28,325 nt of DNA from a virus (lineage: Duplodnaviria; Caudoviricetes), in IMG/VR virus record IMGVR_UViG_3300025018_000457, positions 1 through 28,325 of that record; one strand, given 5' to 3'. Both the position numbers and the translations under genes were made by a program. This document shows positions 1 to 8,280 of the stretch, in pieces. The notes beneath the pieces are model-generated. The model was given only the letters and a program-made list of their open reading frames with translations, ran no database searches and was not told the DNA's origin. The stretch's first letter is position 1. Every line of letters starts with the position of its first letter.

Positions 1-218
1 CATCTTCAGCAGCAGCTTCAACAGGCACATCTTCAACAGGCACATCTTCAGCAGGTTTTTCTTCAGGAATTACCTCGGTGATTACGCCTTCGGTGATAGT
101 CACCACTTCGTTCTCGATGAGAACTTCACCCGTATAGTCTTCTACGACATCTAGATTCTCGTCGATGACAGTGACAGCAGCATCCACAGCTATCTCGTCA
201 GCAGCAACGGTTACGACT
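1..218. repeat. Terminal direct repeat, left copy (assembly circularity overlap)
   Basis: Matches 28111-28325 except for an extra AGC near the start and G116 vs A28223. Implies a unit genome of about 28107 bp. Confidence 0.95.
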
Positions 219-826
219 GCATCCTCGGGGGTTACGCCCTCTACATCTTTAAACTTCTTGGTGGCTGCGAAACGCTTAACGTTCTTAAATTTTTTCTTCA
301 TAATATTTTTGGTTAGTTTTAATCCTAATAGACCCTCTATCGAGAATCCTAGTTTTCCTTGTTTCTTCACCTCGTCGTCCCAGAACTTCTTGTCGGTGAC
401 CTTCGCCATGACGAACCATGTTCCCTTGGGTAAATCTGTGAATCCGAACGTCCTGGACTTGTCCATCGCCGGATCTTCTATGATCCAGTGCTCTAATACG
501 AACACCGGAGCAGGTTCTTTTGTGTGCTCGACGTTGAATGTAGAATTCTTCTTGGCGAACTTCTCGACCAGCTGGGCCGTCACCTGCTCGGTAAACACGA
601 CGTTGTACTCTCCGTCCTCGTCGTTCCTGTATATCTCCATGTTCGGAATTATGGCAGGTCCGGCGATGATCATACGTTCTGCATCAGCTGCAAAAGTCAT
701 CTGCGCATGACTCGAGAGCTTAACGCCCTTGATCATTATGGCAGGATTGGACGTCACGGCGATCATATCTATATTCTCGTCGAGACCATCGGCCGAAATC
801 TTGTAGGTTGGTAGTTTCACGAACAT
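1..826 (-). CDS. XkdF-like prohead serine protease fused to an acidic scaffold, 5' part; continues across the junction to 27869 (about 354 aa in total)
   Basis: Hand translation from ATG 826 (or GTG 820): MFVKLPTYKIS...IIAGPAIIPNMEIYR...FNVEH...LPKGTWFVMAKVTDKKFWDDEVKKQGKLGFSIEG, the typical XkdF/peptidase S78-like pattern. The frame stays open to base 1 and is in frame with ORF 27869..28294. It lies directly upstream of the capsid gene. Confidence 0.8.
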   Translation of the reverse strand, partial: MFVKLPTYKISADGLDENIDMIAVTSNPAIMIKGVKLSSHAQMTFAADAERMIIAGPAIIPNMEIYRNDEDGEYNVVFTEQVTAQLVEKFAKKNSTFNVEHTKEPAPVFVLEHWIIEDPAMDKSRTFGFTDLPKGTWFVMAKVTDKKFWDDEVKKQGKLGFSIEGLLGLKLTKNIMKKKFKNVKRFAATKKFKDVEGVTPEDAVVTVAADEIAVDAAVTVIDENLDVVEDYTGEVLIENEVVTITEGVITEVIPEEKPAEDVPVEDVPVEAAAED

Positions 827-832
827 ACTGTG
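826..832 (-). promoter_or_regulatory. CACAGTA motif, putative late promoter element
   Basis: Same motif lies upstream of several other late genes; here it sits at the start of the protease gene. Confidence 0.5.
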
Positions 833-838
833 TTTGCA

Positions 839-1549
839 TTAATTTTTTTTCGCGGCCTTCTGGTACGACGTGATGTTGAACGCCAGTATGACCGGCAGAT
901 CACACACGTTTTCCCATTTGGTTATATCGTCACAGCACAGGAACAGTATCAAACTTTCCCAGGCGAACGCCCCGTGGTTCTTCTGCATCTCCATCTTCTT
1001 CCGTTCAGCGGCCGTCATCACGTCTTCTTCTTCGAGCATGTCCTCCTCGTTCTCCTCGAACAACGACTGGTAGACGGCAATAAGTCCGTTGCGGTAGTTC
1101 AGGTATTCTTGCCAATTCTTGGCGAGCTGATCTGCGGGCATCTTCAAGAATCTTAAAGAGCGATAGTCTATATCTACTTGATTGTAAGGCTCGTAGGTGT
1201 GCTTCACCATTCCGCCGTTAAACTTTTTTCTGTAGAGCACCGCGAGCAGTTTGTCGAGTTCCCCGTGAGTCAGGTAGTGTTCTAAGTCGATAAATTCTCC
1301 TAGTGTGATCTCCTGAAAGTTCATCCTTTCTAGCGTCTCGTCCTCCATGTTGACGGTCAGCCCGACGGTGTACGCCTTCATCTCGTCCTGCATGTTCTGT
1401 ATGTCCTGCATCACCTCCCTGGCCTTCATTCTCCCTACCGTGGTCTTGTCCACGTCGAGGAATATGCTGACCAGCTCGATGTTGTGCTTCAAGGGCGTCA
1501 GCTGCATGCCAGCCACCTCTATTATTTCTTTATACTGTTCAACGGTCAT
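839..1549 (-). CDS. Probable tail assembly chaperone-like protein (long paralogue)
   Basis: 236 aa, overlaps the tape measure stop (ATGA). Aligns by eye with 3425..3928 and has an extra C-terminal helical segment. Confidence 0.5.
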   Translation of the reverse strand: MTVEQYKEIIEVAGMQLTPLKHNIELVSIFLDVDKTTVGRMKAREVMQDIQNMQDEMKAYTVGLTVNMEDETLERMNFQEITLGEFIDLEHYLTHGELDKLLAVLYRKKFNGGMVKHTYEPYNQVDIDYRSLRFLKMPADQLAKNWQEYLNYRNGLIAVYQSLFEENEEDMLEEEDVMTAAERKKMEMQKNHGAFAWESLILFLCCDDITKWENVCDLPVILAFNITSYQKAAKKN

Positions 1550-3420
1550 AGTTCTGATGCGTTTCTGATGGTTGATAATCTCAGGTTAGTCTTGACAAGG
1601 TCGGTCTCGGAGACCACCGCCTTGATCAGCTGCGGTTCTGCCGCTCCGGCTGTCGCAGATTCTCCGGTGCTGAGCCCGTTCTCGTTGCCCCGACCGAACA
1701 GGGTGAACCCTGGTGCCTGTGTCGGAGGAGCGGGTTTTGGTATGGACGATACGTAATTCGTGGGAGGTATGCTAGGAGGCGTATCCCCCCCTGGCAAAGT
1801 CACGGTGCCAGGCAGCTTGACGGCCACGATCTTCTTGATGTTAGCGATACCGCCGGCCACGGCGATTCCCGCTGCGACCGCGCCAAGCGCCGGCCCAACT
1901 ATTGGTATTCCGGAAAGCGCAGAGAAAGCGCCCTGCGCTGCCTTGTACGTGTCCATCGTGGTCTGTGCGACGGCTGCTGCTTTTCCTATTGCCGAACCGG
2001 TGCCAGCGAGTGCGCCGAGCGTGTTCAGCGTTGTTATGGCCGTGCTCTTTACGTTGTCAGCGTCCACCTTCCTGAGCTCGGCCTTGAAGTCCACCTCGTC
2101 CTGGTTTATCGCCTTGATGTCGTCAGACAGCTGTTGCTCTGCCGCCTTTTTGAGCGTAGCGTACTCCTCGTCAGACAGCTGTTTGCTCTCGTGAAACCCG
2201 TCCAGGTCTTCCATCTGCTTATCGTACTCCTGCTGCTGCGTTATCCTGTCTTGTTCGAACTCGTTGGCGACCAATGATAGTCTCAGCTCTTCCAGCTGGT
2301 CGTAGCTCTCCTGGTCACTCACGACCTTCTCCGCCGCTGCCTGGTCCGTTATCACCTTCACCGCTGCTATCCTCGATTCTTCCGCCGCCGTGATGATGGC
2401 GGTCTTCTCCTCCTGTAGCATGGTCTCCGAGGACTTGGTGTCCTCGATGAGTCTCGTGTACTGTTCCTGTGTTGCTGCGATCGACCTCTCGGTCTCGTCC
2501 TCGATGAGACCTATCTCTAGGTCCTTCAGCGTCCTAGACGCGTCGAGCCTCTCCTGTCCGTACTTTGCAGCAGCTTCTTTCTTCTTCTTCTGCGCCTCGG
2601 CGTACTTGTCTGCGTTCTCATCTGCCTCGGCCTTCTCCGCGTTGGACACTCTCAGCACGTCCAGCTCCATCTCCTGGTGTATCGTCTTTATCTTGACGGA
2701 CGCCGCTTTTATCTTGTCCGGCAGTTCTTTATACGCAGTTTCTTGTTCCTCGCTGAGGTCCTTGTTTCTGAACACCAGCGCGTCCAGGTTGGCCATCTGC
2801 TGCTTGAGCACCCTCTCCTCGTCCTCAGCATACTTTAGGAGGTTGGAGTTGCGGTCCGCCTCCAGTTTTGCTATCTCTGTTTCTGATGCTCCTCTGAGCT
2901 TGGCGAGATCTATCTGCTGCTTCGTGAGGCGCGTGTATATGACTTCAACGTCGGATGTGTATGCCGCTTGAGACTCTAGGGCGTCGTTGAGCCGTTGCGT
3001 TGCCTTATAAGCATTGTCCTCTTCCTGTGCGAAGTACACGACTGCTGCTACGAGAGCAGTTATGGCAAGAATCAGCACTCCAATTGGGTTGGCCGCCATG
3101 GCAGCGTTGAGCAGCTTCATTCCTGCTGCTGCGCCCTCCATAAGAGGGCCTATTCCCGTCATTATCGATATGAAAGACGTGGCCTTCGCCTGCGCGTTGG
3201 CTATTTCGCCTGCTGAAAATCCCAGCGCGTCCCCGAATGCGCCCACTGCGCCGGCGGCGATGCCGAATCCCGCCGCGATGCCGCCTCCGATCTTGGAGAT
3301 GTTCTGTCCCATCGTCACCGAATCCTCGGTAAACTTGGTCAGCTTGCCGGTGGCCTCCCCCATCTTGTCTAAGAAGGGGCTGGTGTTCGCGTCAACGTCT
3401 ACTATTATCTGTTTTGCCAT
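1546..3420 (-). CDS. Tail tape measure protein
   Basis: 624 aa. Ala/Gly-rich hydrophobic N- and C-terminal segments (LNAAMAANPIGVLILAITALVAA; IPIVGPALGAVAAGIAVAGG) flank a long charged helical core. Located among tail genes. Confidence 0.85.
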   Translation of the reverse strand: MAKQIIVDVDANTSPFLDKMGEATGKLTKFTEDSVTMGQNISKIGGGIAAGFGIAAGAVGAFGDALGFSAGEIANAQAKATSFISIMTGIGPLMEGAAAGMKLLNAAMAANPIGVLILAITALVAAVVYFAQEEDNAYKATQRLNDALESQAAYTSDVEVIYTRLTKQQIDLAKLRGASETEIAKLEADRNSNLLKYAEDEERVLKQQMANLDALVFRNKDLSEEQETAYKELPDKIKAASVKIKTIHQEMELDVLRVSNAEKAEADENADKYAEAQKKKKEAAAKYGQERLDASRTLKDLEIGLIEDETERSIAATQEQYTRLIEDTKSSETMLQEEKTAIITAAEESRIAAVKVITDQAAAEKVVSDQESYDQLEELRLSLVANEFEQDRITQQQEYDKQMEDLDGFHESKQLSDEEYATLKKAAEQQLSDDIKAINQDEVDFKAELRKVDADNVKSTAITTLNTLGALAGTGSAIGKAAAVAQTTMDTYKAAQGAFSALSGIPIVGPALGAVAAGIAVAGGIANIKKIVAVKLPGTVTLPGGDTPPSIPPTNYVSSIPKPAPPTQAPGFTLFGRGNENGLSTGESATAGAAEPQLIKAVVSETDLVKTNLRLSTIRNASEL

Positions 3421-3424
3421 GACT

Positions 3425-3928
3425 TTATTCTACTAATTTTTTTAGGTCTGGATATTCTGGAGCTAGGAGTATGCCAGCCGTCAGTATTGAATGCAAAGAC
3501 ATCGCCATCAATTGGTCCACAGTCATCACGTGTTTTATGATCTCGCTCCTCCTGAGTATCGAGTTGGGCTGCAGGTCCTCATCTCCGCGGTAGATGAACC
3601 CAACTATCTTTGCAGAGTTCTTCTGGAACTCGTCGCACAGATCCTGAATCATCTCCATCTCGTTCATCGTCAGCTCCTGAATGTCGGTTCGCACCTTGTA
3701 TCCGGCGATCTCCTCGACGTACTTGTAGACGGGGTCGTGGTGCACGAAGTCTAGCGCGTCGAGTATCTCGCCTACGCCCTTGCCCGTCATGTGCTCGACC
3801 GTCTCCCTGTCCACCTTTAACAGTATCGAGATCATGCCGATCGTGTCAGCGAAGTCTATCTGCTCATACTGTGCCACCGTGACCTCTGCCCATGATTCGG
3901 GCACCGTGAATTGTTGTTTGTCTGTCAT
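3425..3928 (-). CDS. Probable tail assembly chaperone-like protein (short paralogue)
   Basis: Likely start ATG 3928 (MTDKQQFTVPESWAEVTVAQY), 2 nt after the previous stop. Immediately upstream of the tape measure gene. Confidence 0.55.
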   Translation of the reverse strand: MTDKQQFTVPESWAEVTVAQYEQIDFADTIGMISILLKVDRETVEHMTGKGVGEILDALDFVHHDPVYKYVEEIAGYKVRTDIQELTMNEMEMIQDLCDEFQKNSAKIVGFIYRGDEDLQPNSILRRSEIIKHVMTVDQLMAMSLHSILTAGILLAPEYPDLKKLVE

Positions 3929-3930
3929 AT

Positions 3931-6900
3931 TTAGTATATTATTTTGTTGTACTCTATCTTCACGTACCAACAGATGTCTGTCGCCGCTATGCCCGTTACA
4001 GTCGGTACCAGTGCGTCGTTCGTGTTGTCCGCTGTCATTGCAATAGTTGTCGCCGCCATAGAAACATCGGAATCAGATGAAGTTACACTCCAGGCACCGA
4101 CCAGTGAAGTAGTTCCTGCTATGTTCTTGACTATTCCAGACGCAGAGAAGTTCTTGACATCGCCGGTACCACTAACCGCGAGACAAGTCATTTTGCAATC
4201 GTATACGCTGCCTGATGCTATAGTAAACCTCAGTGAGTTTGAATCTAAGAATGCTTCAGCTGGCGTTGCATTTTCTGTCCACTTATAAAATGACAATACT
4301 CCGTGTTGAGAATATTTGGTTACTCCATAAACATTCATATAGGCTAAACCACGCGCTGATTCACCAAAATGATTTGCCAACGAATAATGTCCGCCGCCGT
4401 GCGAATAATGTCCAGATGCTGTCGTGTTATATCCTTCGGCGTGTGAATAATTACCAGACGCTGTCGTGGTATCACCTTCAGCGTGAGAATAATTACCAGA
4501 TGCTGTCGTGTTATATCCTTCGGCGTGTGAATAATTACCAGACGCTGTCGTGGTAGCACCTTCAGCGTGAGAATTGATTCCACTAGCAGTATTTTCATTT
4601 CCAAAACCACTTCCTCCTTCAACAAAACTTCCCACACCAACCTTACCAGTCCTGAATCCGAAAGTGAACGCGCTGTTCGCCGCGTCTATGCTAGCTATCT
4701 CGACGCCAGCCGCCGAATAATACAGACCGTCATCTCCTGATAGAGAGAAACGACCGTTTTCCATTGTAAGATCCGTGAGAAGCGTGATGCCATTGAAGGT
4801 TTGTAGATTTACCATCGCGGTCGTACCTATATCATCTGCTGCATATATATTTACGTTAGGATATGTGAAAGCACCTCCAGTGACACTAATGCCGGCATAA
4901 TCATCATGATTGTATGAATATATATCAGTACTAAATGACTGTAATTGTAATGTTGATTCTAATCCTGCGCCGCCGTCTGTAGTAAGAATGACGTTATTAG
5001 CATTACCATTAAAATCCAGCTCGATCTGACCTCCGCCATTCTGTGAAGTGATCGATCCGGCGCTAGTCATTTTTATTTCAGCAGCGAACACACTGTTCCA
5101 GTTGAAAATAGATGATCCGAGATTGCCCTGTTTGTCTAATGCAGGTAACACATTAGGATATATCAACGGTGACGTTACTTCGTTTTCTTTTGCCACTATG
5201 TCATCACCGACCCTAGTCCACATTGATAGTATGTCAACACCTCCGACGATGTGAACATCCTCACCGATCCAGATCTCGTTGTCTCCCGTTATCGTCTTGT
5301 TTGATGATCCGACGATGTACGCACCAGTTACACCAGGTAAGACGACGTTGTTGTCTCCTCCGAGGATTATAGTGCCGATAGTCCCGTCAATGCTATTGTT
5401 TCTCCCGATGACAAAAGATTCTGTCGCCGAATCCGCCTCAAGGTATGGTAACGTCTCAAAAATCTCCGGAGAGGTTGTCATCAACTTTGTCGTGTAAATG
5501 GCAAGACTACCGTCGTTTATTAAGACTGCTTTTGTCTTATCAACGCTCAGACCAGCACCTATTATCAGGTTGTTCGTACCAGTGATCACGTTCTCGTCGC
5601 CGAGCACGAGGTTATAGAACGAGTAGGGATTTATGAAGTTGTTCTCTCCGAGCATGATCGTGCCCAATGACGCGGTGAAATTCGCTTCAAGTGCGCTGTT
5701 GTCCGCCGCCCTTTTGAGCGTGTCTAGAGGAGGAGGAAACGGGAACGGCGGCTCGTCGGAGGAGAACGGAGACAGCGTTTGCGTCTCGTCTACCGTGATG
5801 AGCTTAACGGACGTCGGGCCTTTAGATCCCGCGTCGTAGTCGTTGATGTTCAGAATGTTCCAGTAAGCGTCTTTGATCCAGATCCTGTCGTTGAGCTTGG
5901 TGTTCATAACATCGAGCTGTGTCAGGTTGAAGTGAGCCATCATTACCCTGCCCTTGTCAATCTGTTCGATGTTCCTTCTCCAGTGCATGTTGAACAGATT
6001 GTTGTTCGTGAAGTACGCCGTGTCGTAGTATAAGTACCGCTGACACATGTTAAAGTTGAGATCGAAAGTCGGCGAGATCGGGTCGTCGAAGTGGCCGGCA
6101 TAATTGTATGTCGTCGCGCTTCCTAAGACGGTCGTGCCCTGTAGTATGTCGTAGGAAGTACAGGTTCGAACTCCGCCGTCGTACACTATCCTCACGCCGG
6201 TCTTAGGCTCCTTGCCCTTGACCCCCAAGACATATATCCCTTTCAGGTCATTCTTTATGATCGGCATCGGCTCGAATGTGACCGCCATCTTCTGATCTCC
6301 CTTGATGTTCTCGTCTGTGAACACGAACTCCGCCTCGCCGTACACCTCGTTTGTTGCCTGGGTGTACCCGACGTTTATCTCGTCGCTCGCCGTCTTGTAA
6401 GTCAACTTGAGCGTCTTGTTGCTCTCCTCCGACGCGAACGCGATCGTGCTGTCCATGTCCTGAACCTGCTTGTCGGTCCAGTCCCATACGTCTCCGTCGT
6501 CGTAATATGCGTCCCTGGTCTTGAATATGATGTGCTTGTCCGTGTTAACGTCTACCTCTGCATAGAGGTTGTACATTGTGAGTATGCTCTTTATGAAGTC
6601 CTTCGCCTTCACATTCTTTGGCACGTAGAATCTGGCAAGTTTCGTGCCTGTGAAGTCCACGTTCACCGGAGGCGTTATCTTCAGCGTGATGGCGGAAATC
6701 TCGAATCTGAAGTCGAGATCTGCTGGTAATAATCTGGCAGCAGCAGGAGTGCCTGCATTAGTAGTAGACCAGAATGCCTGGTTGGCCGTCATCGGGTCGA
6801 CATGAAATCCTATGGACTGTGTGAACTCTGTCGTCACCGGGTAGTTCACGTAGTTGTTCGTCATGGTTACTGTAACAGGCGCCGTAGAGGTCCACATTAC

Positions 6901-8277
6901 GGTGTCGCCCGGTGGCAATGAGTAACTGTTTGAAGCCACGCCGGTAGAGCTCTTCGAGAAGAACGCCAGATTGGTATTCATGATGATGCCAGAAGGAGCA
7001 TTTAACATCAATTTAGCGCTAAAACCGAAACCTCCTGACTGTGAACTCGCGCCTTCGGAGTCCCTCCTGAGGTAGATCGTAGACGCCTCGTTGTTGGTGA
7101 ATATCGCCTGATACTCTATCGTGTACTTGAACAGTGCATACTGACTCTGTGGCAGATTGTACGGTATGGCGTACACGCCAGTTATGTTATTGTAGCTGTT
7201 GGACGGGTCGATCAGCTCGTTGCTTACTATGTACTTTCCACCCAACGTCCAAGACTGCGTCGCGGCAGGTATCTGTACGGCAGTCGAAGTTACCGTCGTG
7301 TCGTTCGCCTCTACGTTATAATAGGCAGTAGTCAACAATTTAGACGGGTCCACTATGGACCCGTTGTAAGGTATCAGCAGCTTGTGAAAGTTTATGTTGT
7401 CGTCGAACATGGAGTCCCACGTGTACGAGAAACCGATCTTTGCGAATATCTTGTCCCAATAATTCTTGGCGTAGATGCACAAAAGGAAGTCGTCCAGCTG
7501 GTAGTTGCCATACCTTGAAGAGGGCATCGGCCATCCGTACTTGTATCCGTCAAGGTAAGTATGTTGTATCGAGTCTATGACAGACGCAACGTTGTTAGGG
7601 TGATTGAGCTCCTCGTACGCCAGGTCCGTGAGCCGTATGTCGCCAAGCGCCTGGAAGAAGCTCGACGCACCGTCCGCAACGGTCACCTCGTACTCTATCT
7701 CCTGGTCTCCCGTGTCATTCGAGGGGCTGCGCTTGTTGATGCTCAGCAGTCTCATGTAGCCGGTGAAGACGATGGCGTCGTCCTGTATGATATTGGCCAA
7801 CGTCTTCGCGAACCTGTTGAAGGTCGACGTGACTATGTTGATGTTGAATATGTTTCCCAACGCTGTGTTGGTCGCGTTGTCTCCTACCAGAGTAACGGTT
7901 TTAGTGTACCCGCCCTTCCTGGAAGAGGGATCCTTGATGTCGGAGATCGCCCTGTTGATCGGCACCGGCGTGTTCTCCTTCACGGTCAACATCGATGATG
8001 TGGTTCCGGTGGAGACCTTATCTACTGTACCGCCCGTTCCTGTTGGACCACCCGGATAGATGCCATACAGTTGTACGATAGTAGAGCTCCAAACTTTGCT
8101 AACCCTGCGGTCGCCATCGTACAACGGGTCTGTTCCGCTGATTCTTATCTCGTCGTTAAGCACAAGGTTGTGCGGTGCGGTGAAAACGAAGTAAAAATTC
8201 ACGGCGTCGTACCAGTTGGAAAGAGTTCCTACCGATGTTAATATTTCGTAATCTGAAACTAGTTGTACTTGAACCAT
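3931..8277 (-). CDS. Large tail tip / baseplate hub-fibre protein with C-terminal YadA/Hep_Hag-like repeats
   Basis: 1448 aa. Hub-like N-terminal part (ISDIKDPSSRKGGYTKTVTL; VKAKDFIKSILTMYNLY), beta-roll-like GxNN repeats, and 14-aa TASGNYSHAEG repeats near the C-terminus. Confidence 0.75.
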   Translation of the reverse strand: MVQVQLVSDYEILTSVGTLSNWYDAVNFYFVFTAPHNLVLNDEIRISGTDPLYDGDRRVSKVWSSTIVQLYGIYPGGPTGTGGTVDKVSTGTTSSMLTVKENTPVPINRAISDIKDPSSRKGGYTKTVTLVGDNATNTALGNIFNINIVTSTFNRFAKTLANIIQDDAIVFTGYMRLLSINKRSPSNDTGDQEIEYEVTVADGASSFFQALGDIRLTDLAYEELNHPNNVASVIDSIQHTYLDGYKYGWPMPSSRYGNYQLDDFLLCIYAKNYWDKIFAKIGFSYTWDSMFDDNINFHKLLIPYNGSIVDPSKLLTTAYYNVEANDTTVTSTAVQIPAATQSWTLGGKYIVSNELIDPSNSYNNITGVYAIPYNLPQSQYALFKYTIEYQAIFTNNEASTIYLRRDSEGASSQSGGFGFSAKLMLNAPSGIIMNTNLAFFSKSSTGVASNSYSLPPGDTVMWTSTAPVTVTMTNNYVNYPVTTEFTQSIGFHVDPMTANQAFWSTTNAGTPAAARLLPADLDFRFEISAITLKITPPVNVDFTGTKLARFYVPKNVKAKDFIKSILTMYNLYAEVDVNTDKHIIFKTRDAYYDDGDVWDWTDKQVQDMDSTIAFASEESNKTLKLTYKTASDEINVGYTQATNEVYGEAEFVFTDENIKGDQKMAVTFEPMPIIKNDLKGIYVLGVKGKEPKTGVRIVYDGGVRTCTSYDILQGTTVLGSATTYNYAGHFDDPISPTFDLNFNMCQRYLYYDTAYFTNNNLFNMHWRRNIEQIDKGRVMMAHFNLTQLDVMNTKLNDRIWIKDAYWNILNINDYDAGSKGPTSVKLITVDETQTLSPFSSDEPPFPFPPPLDTLKRAADNSALEANFTASLGTIMLGENNFINPYSFYNLVLGDENVITGTNNLIIGAGLSVDKTKAVLINDGSLAIYTTKLMTTSPEIFETLPYLEADSATESFVIGRNNSIDGTIGTIILGGDNNVVLPGVTGAYIVGSSNKTITGDNEIWIGEDVHIVGGVDILSMWTRVGDDIVAKENEVTSPLIYPNVLPALDKQGNLGSSIFNWNSVFAAEIKMTSAGSITSQNGGGQIELDFNGNANNVILTTDGGAGLESTLQLQSFSTDIYSYNHDDYAGISVTGGAFTYPNVNIYAADDIGTTAMVNLQTFNGITLLTDLTMENGRFSLSGDDGLYYSAAGVEIASIDAANSAFTFGFRTGKVGVGSFVEGGSGFGNENTASGINSHAEGATTTASGNYSHAEGYNTTASGNYSHAEGDTTTASGNYSHAEGYNTTASGHYSHGGGHYSLANHFGESARGLAYMNVYGVTKYSQHGVLSFYKWTENATPAEAFLDSNSLRFTIASGSVYDCKMTCLAVSGTGDVKNFSASGIVKNIAGTTSLVGAWSVTSSDSDVSMAATTIAMTADNTNDALVPTVTGIAATDICWYVKIEYNKIIY
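4412..4590 (-). repeat. Coding tandem repeat: 42-bp units with an 84-bp higher-order period (TTASGNYSHAEGxx)
   Basis: 4412-4490 is nearly identical to 4496-4574. Confidence 0.9.
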
Positions 8278-8280
8278 ATT

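Noticed and set aside
3867-3873. Intragenic CACAGTA
   Set aside because: Inside coding sequence (VAQY); one or two chance 7-mer hits per strand are expected in 28 kb.
4412-4590. Near-identical repeats as a DGR template/variable pair
   Set aside because: No reverse transcriptase and no adenine-specific mismatch pattern; they are in-frame coding tandem repeats.
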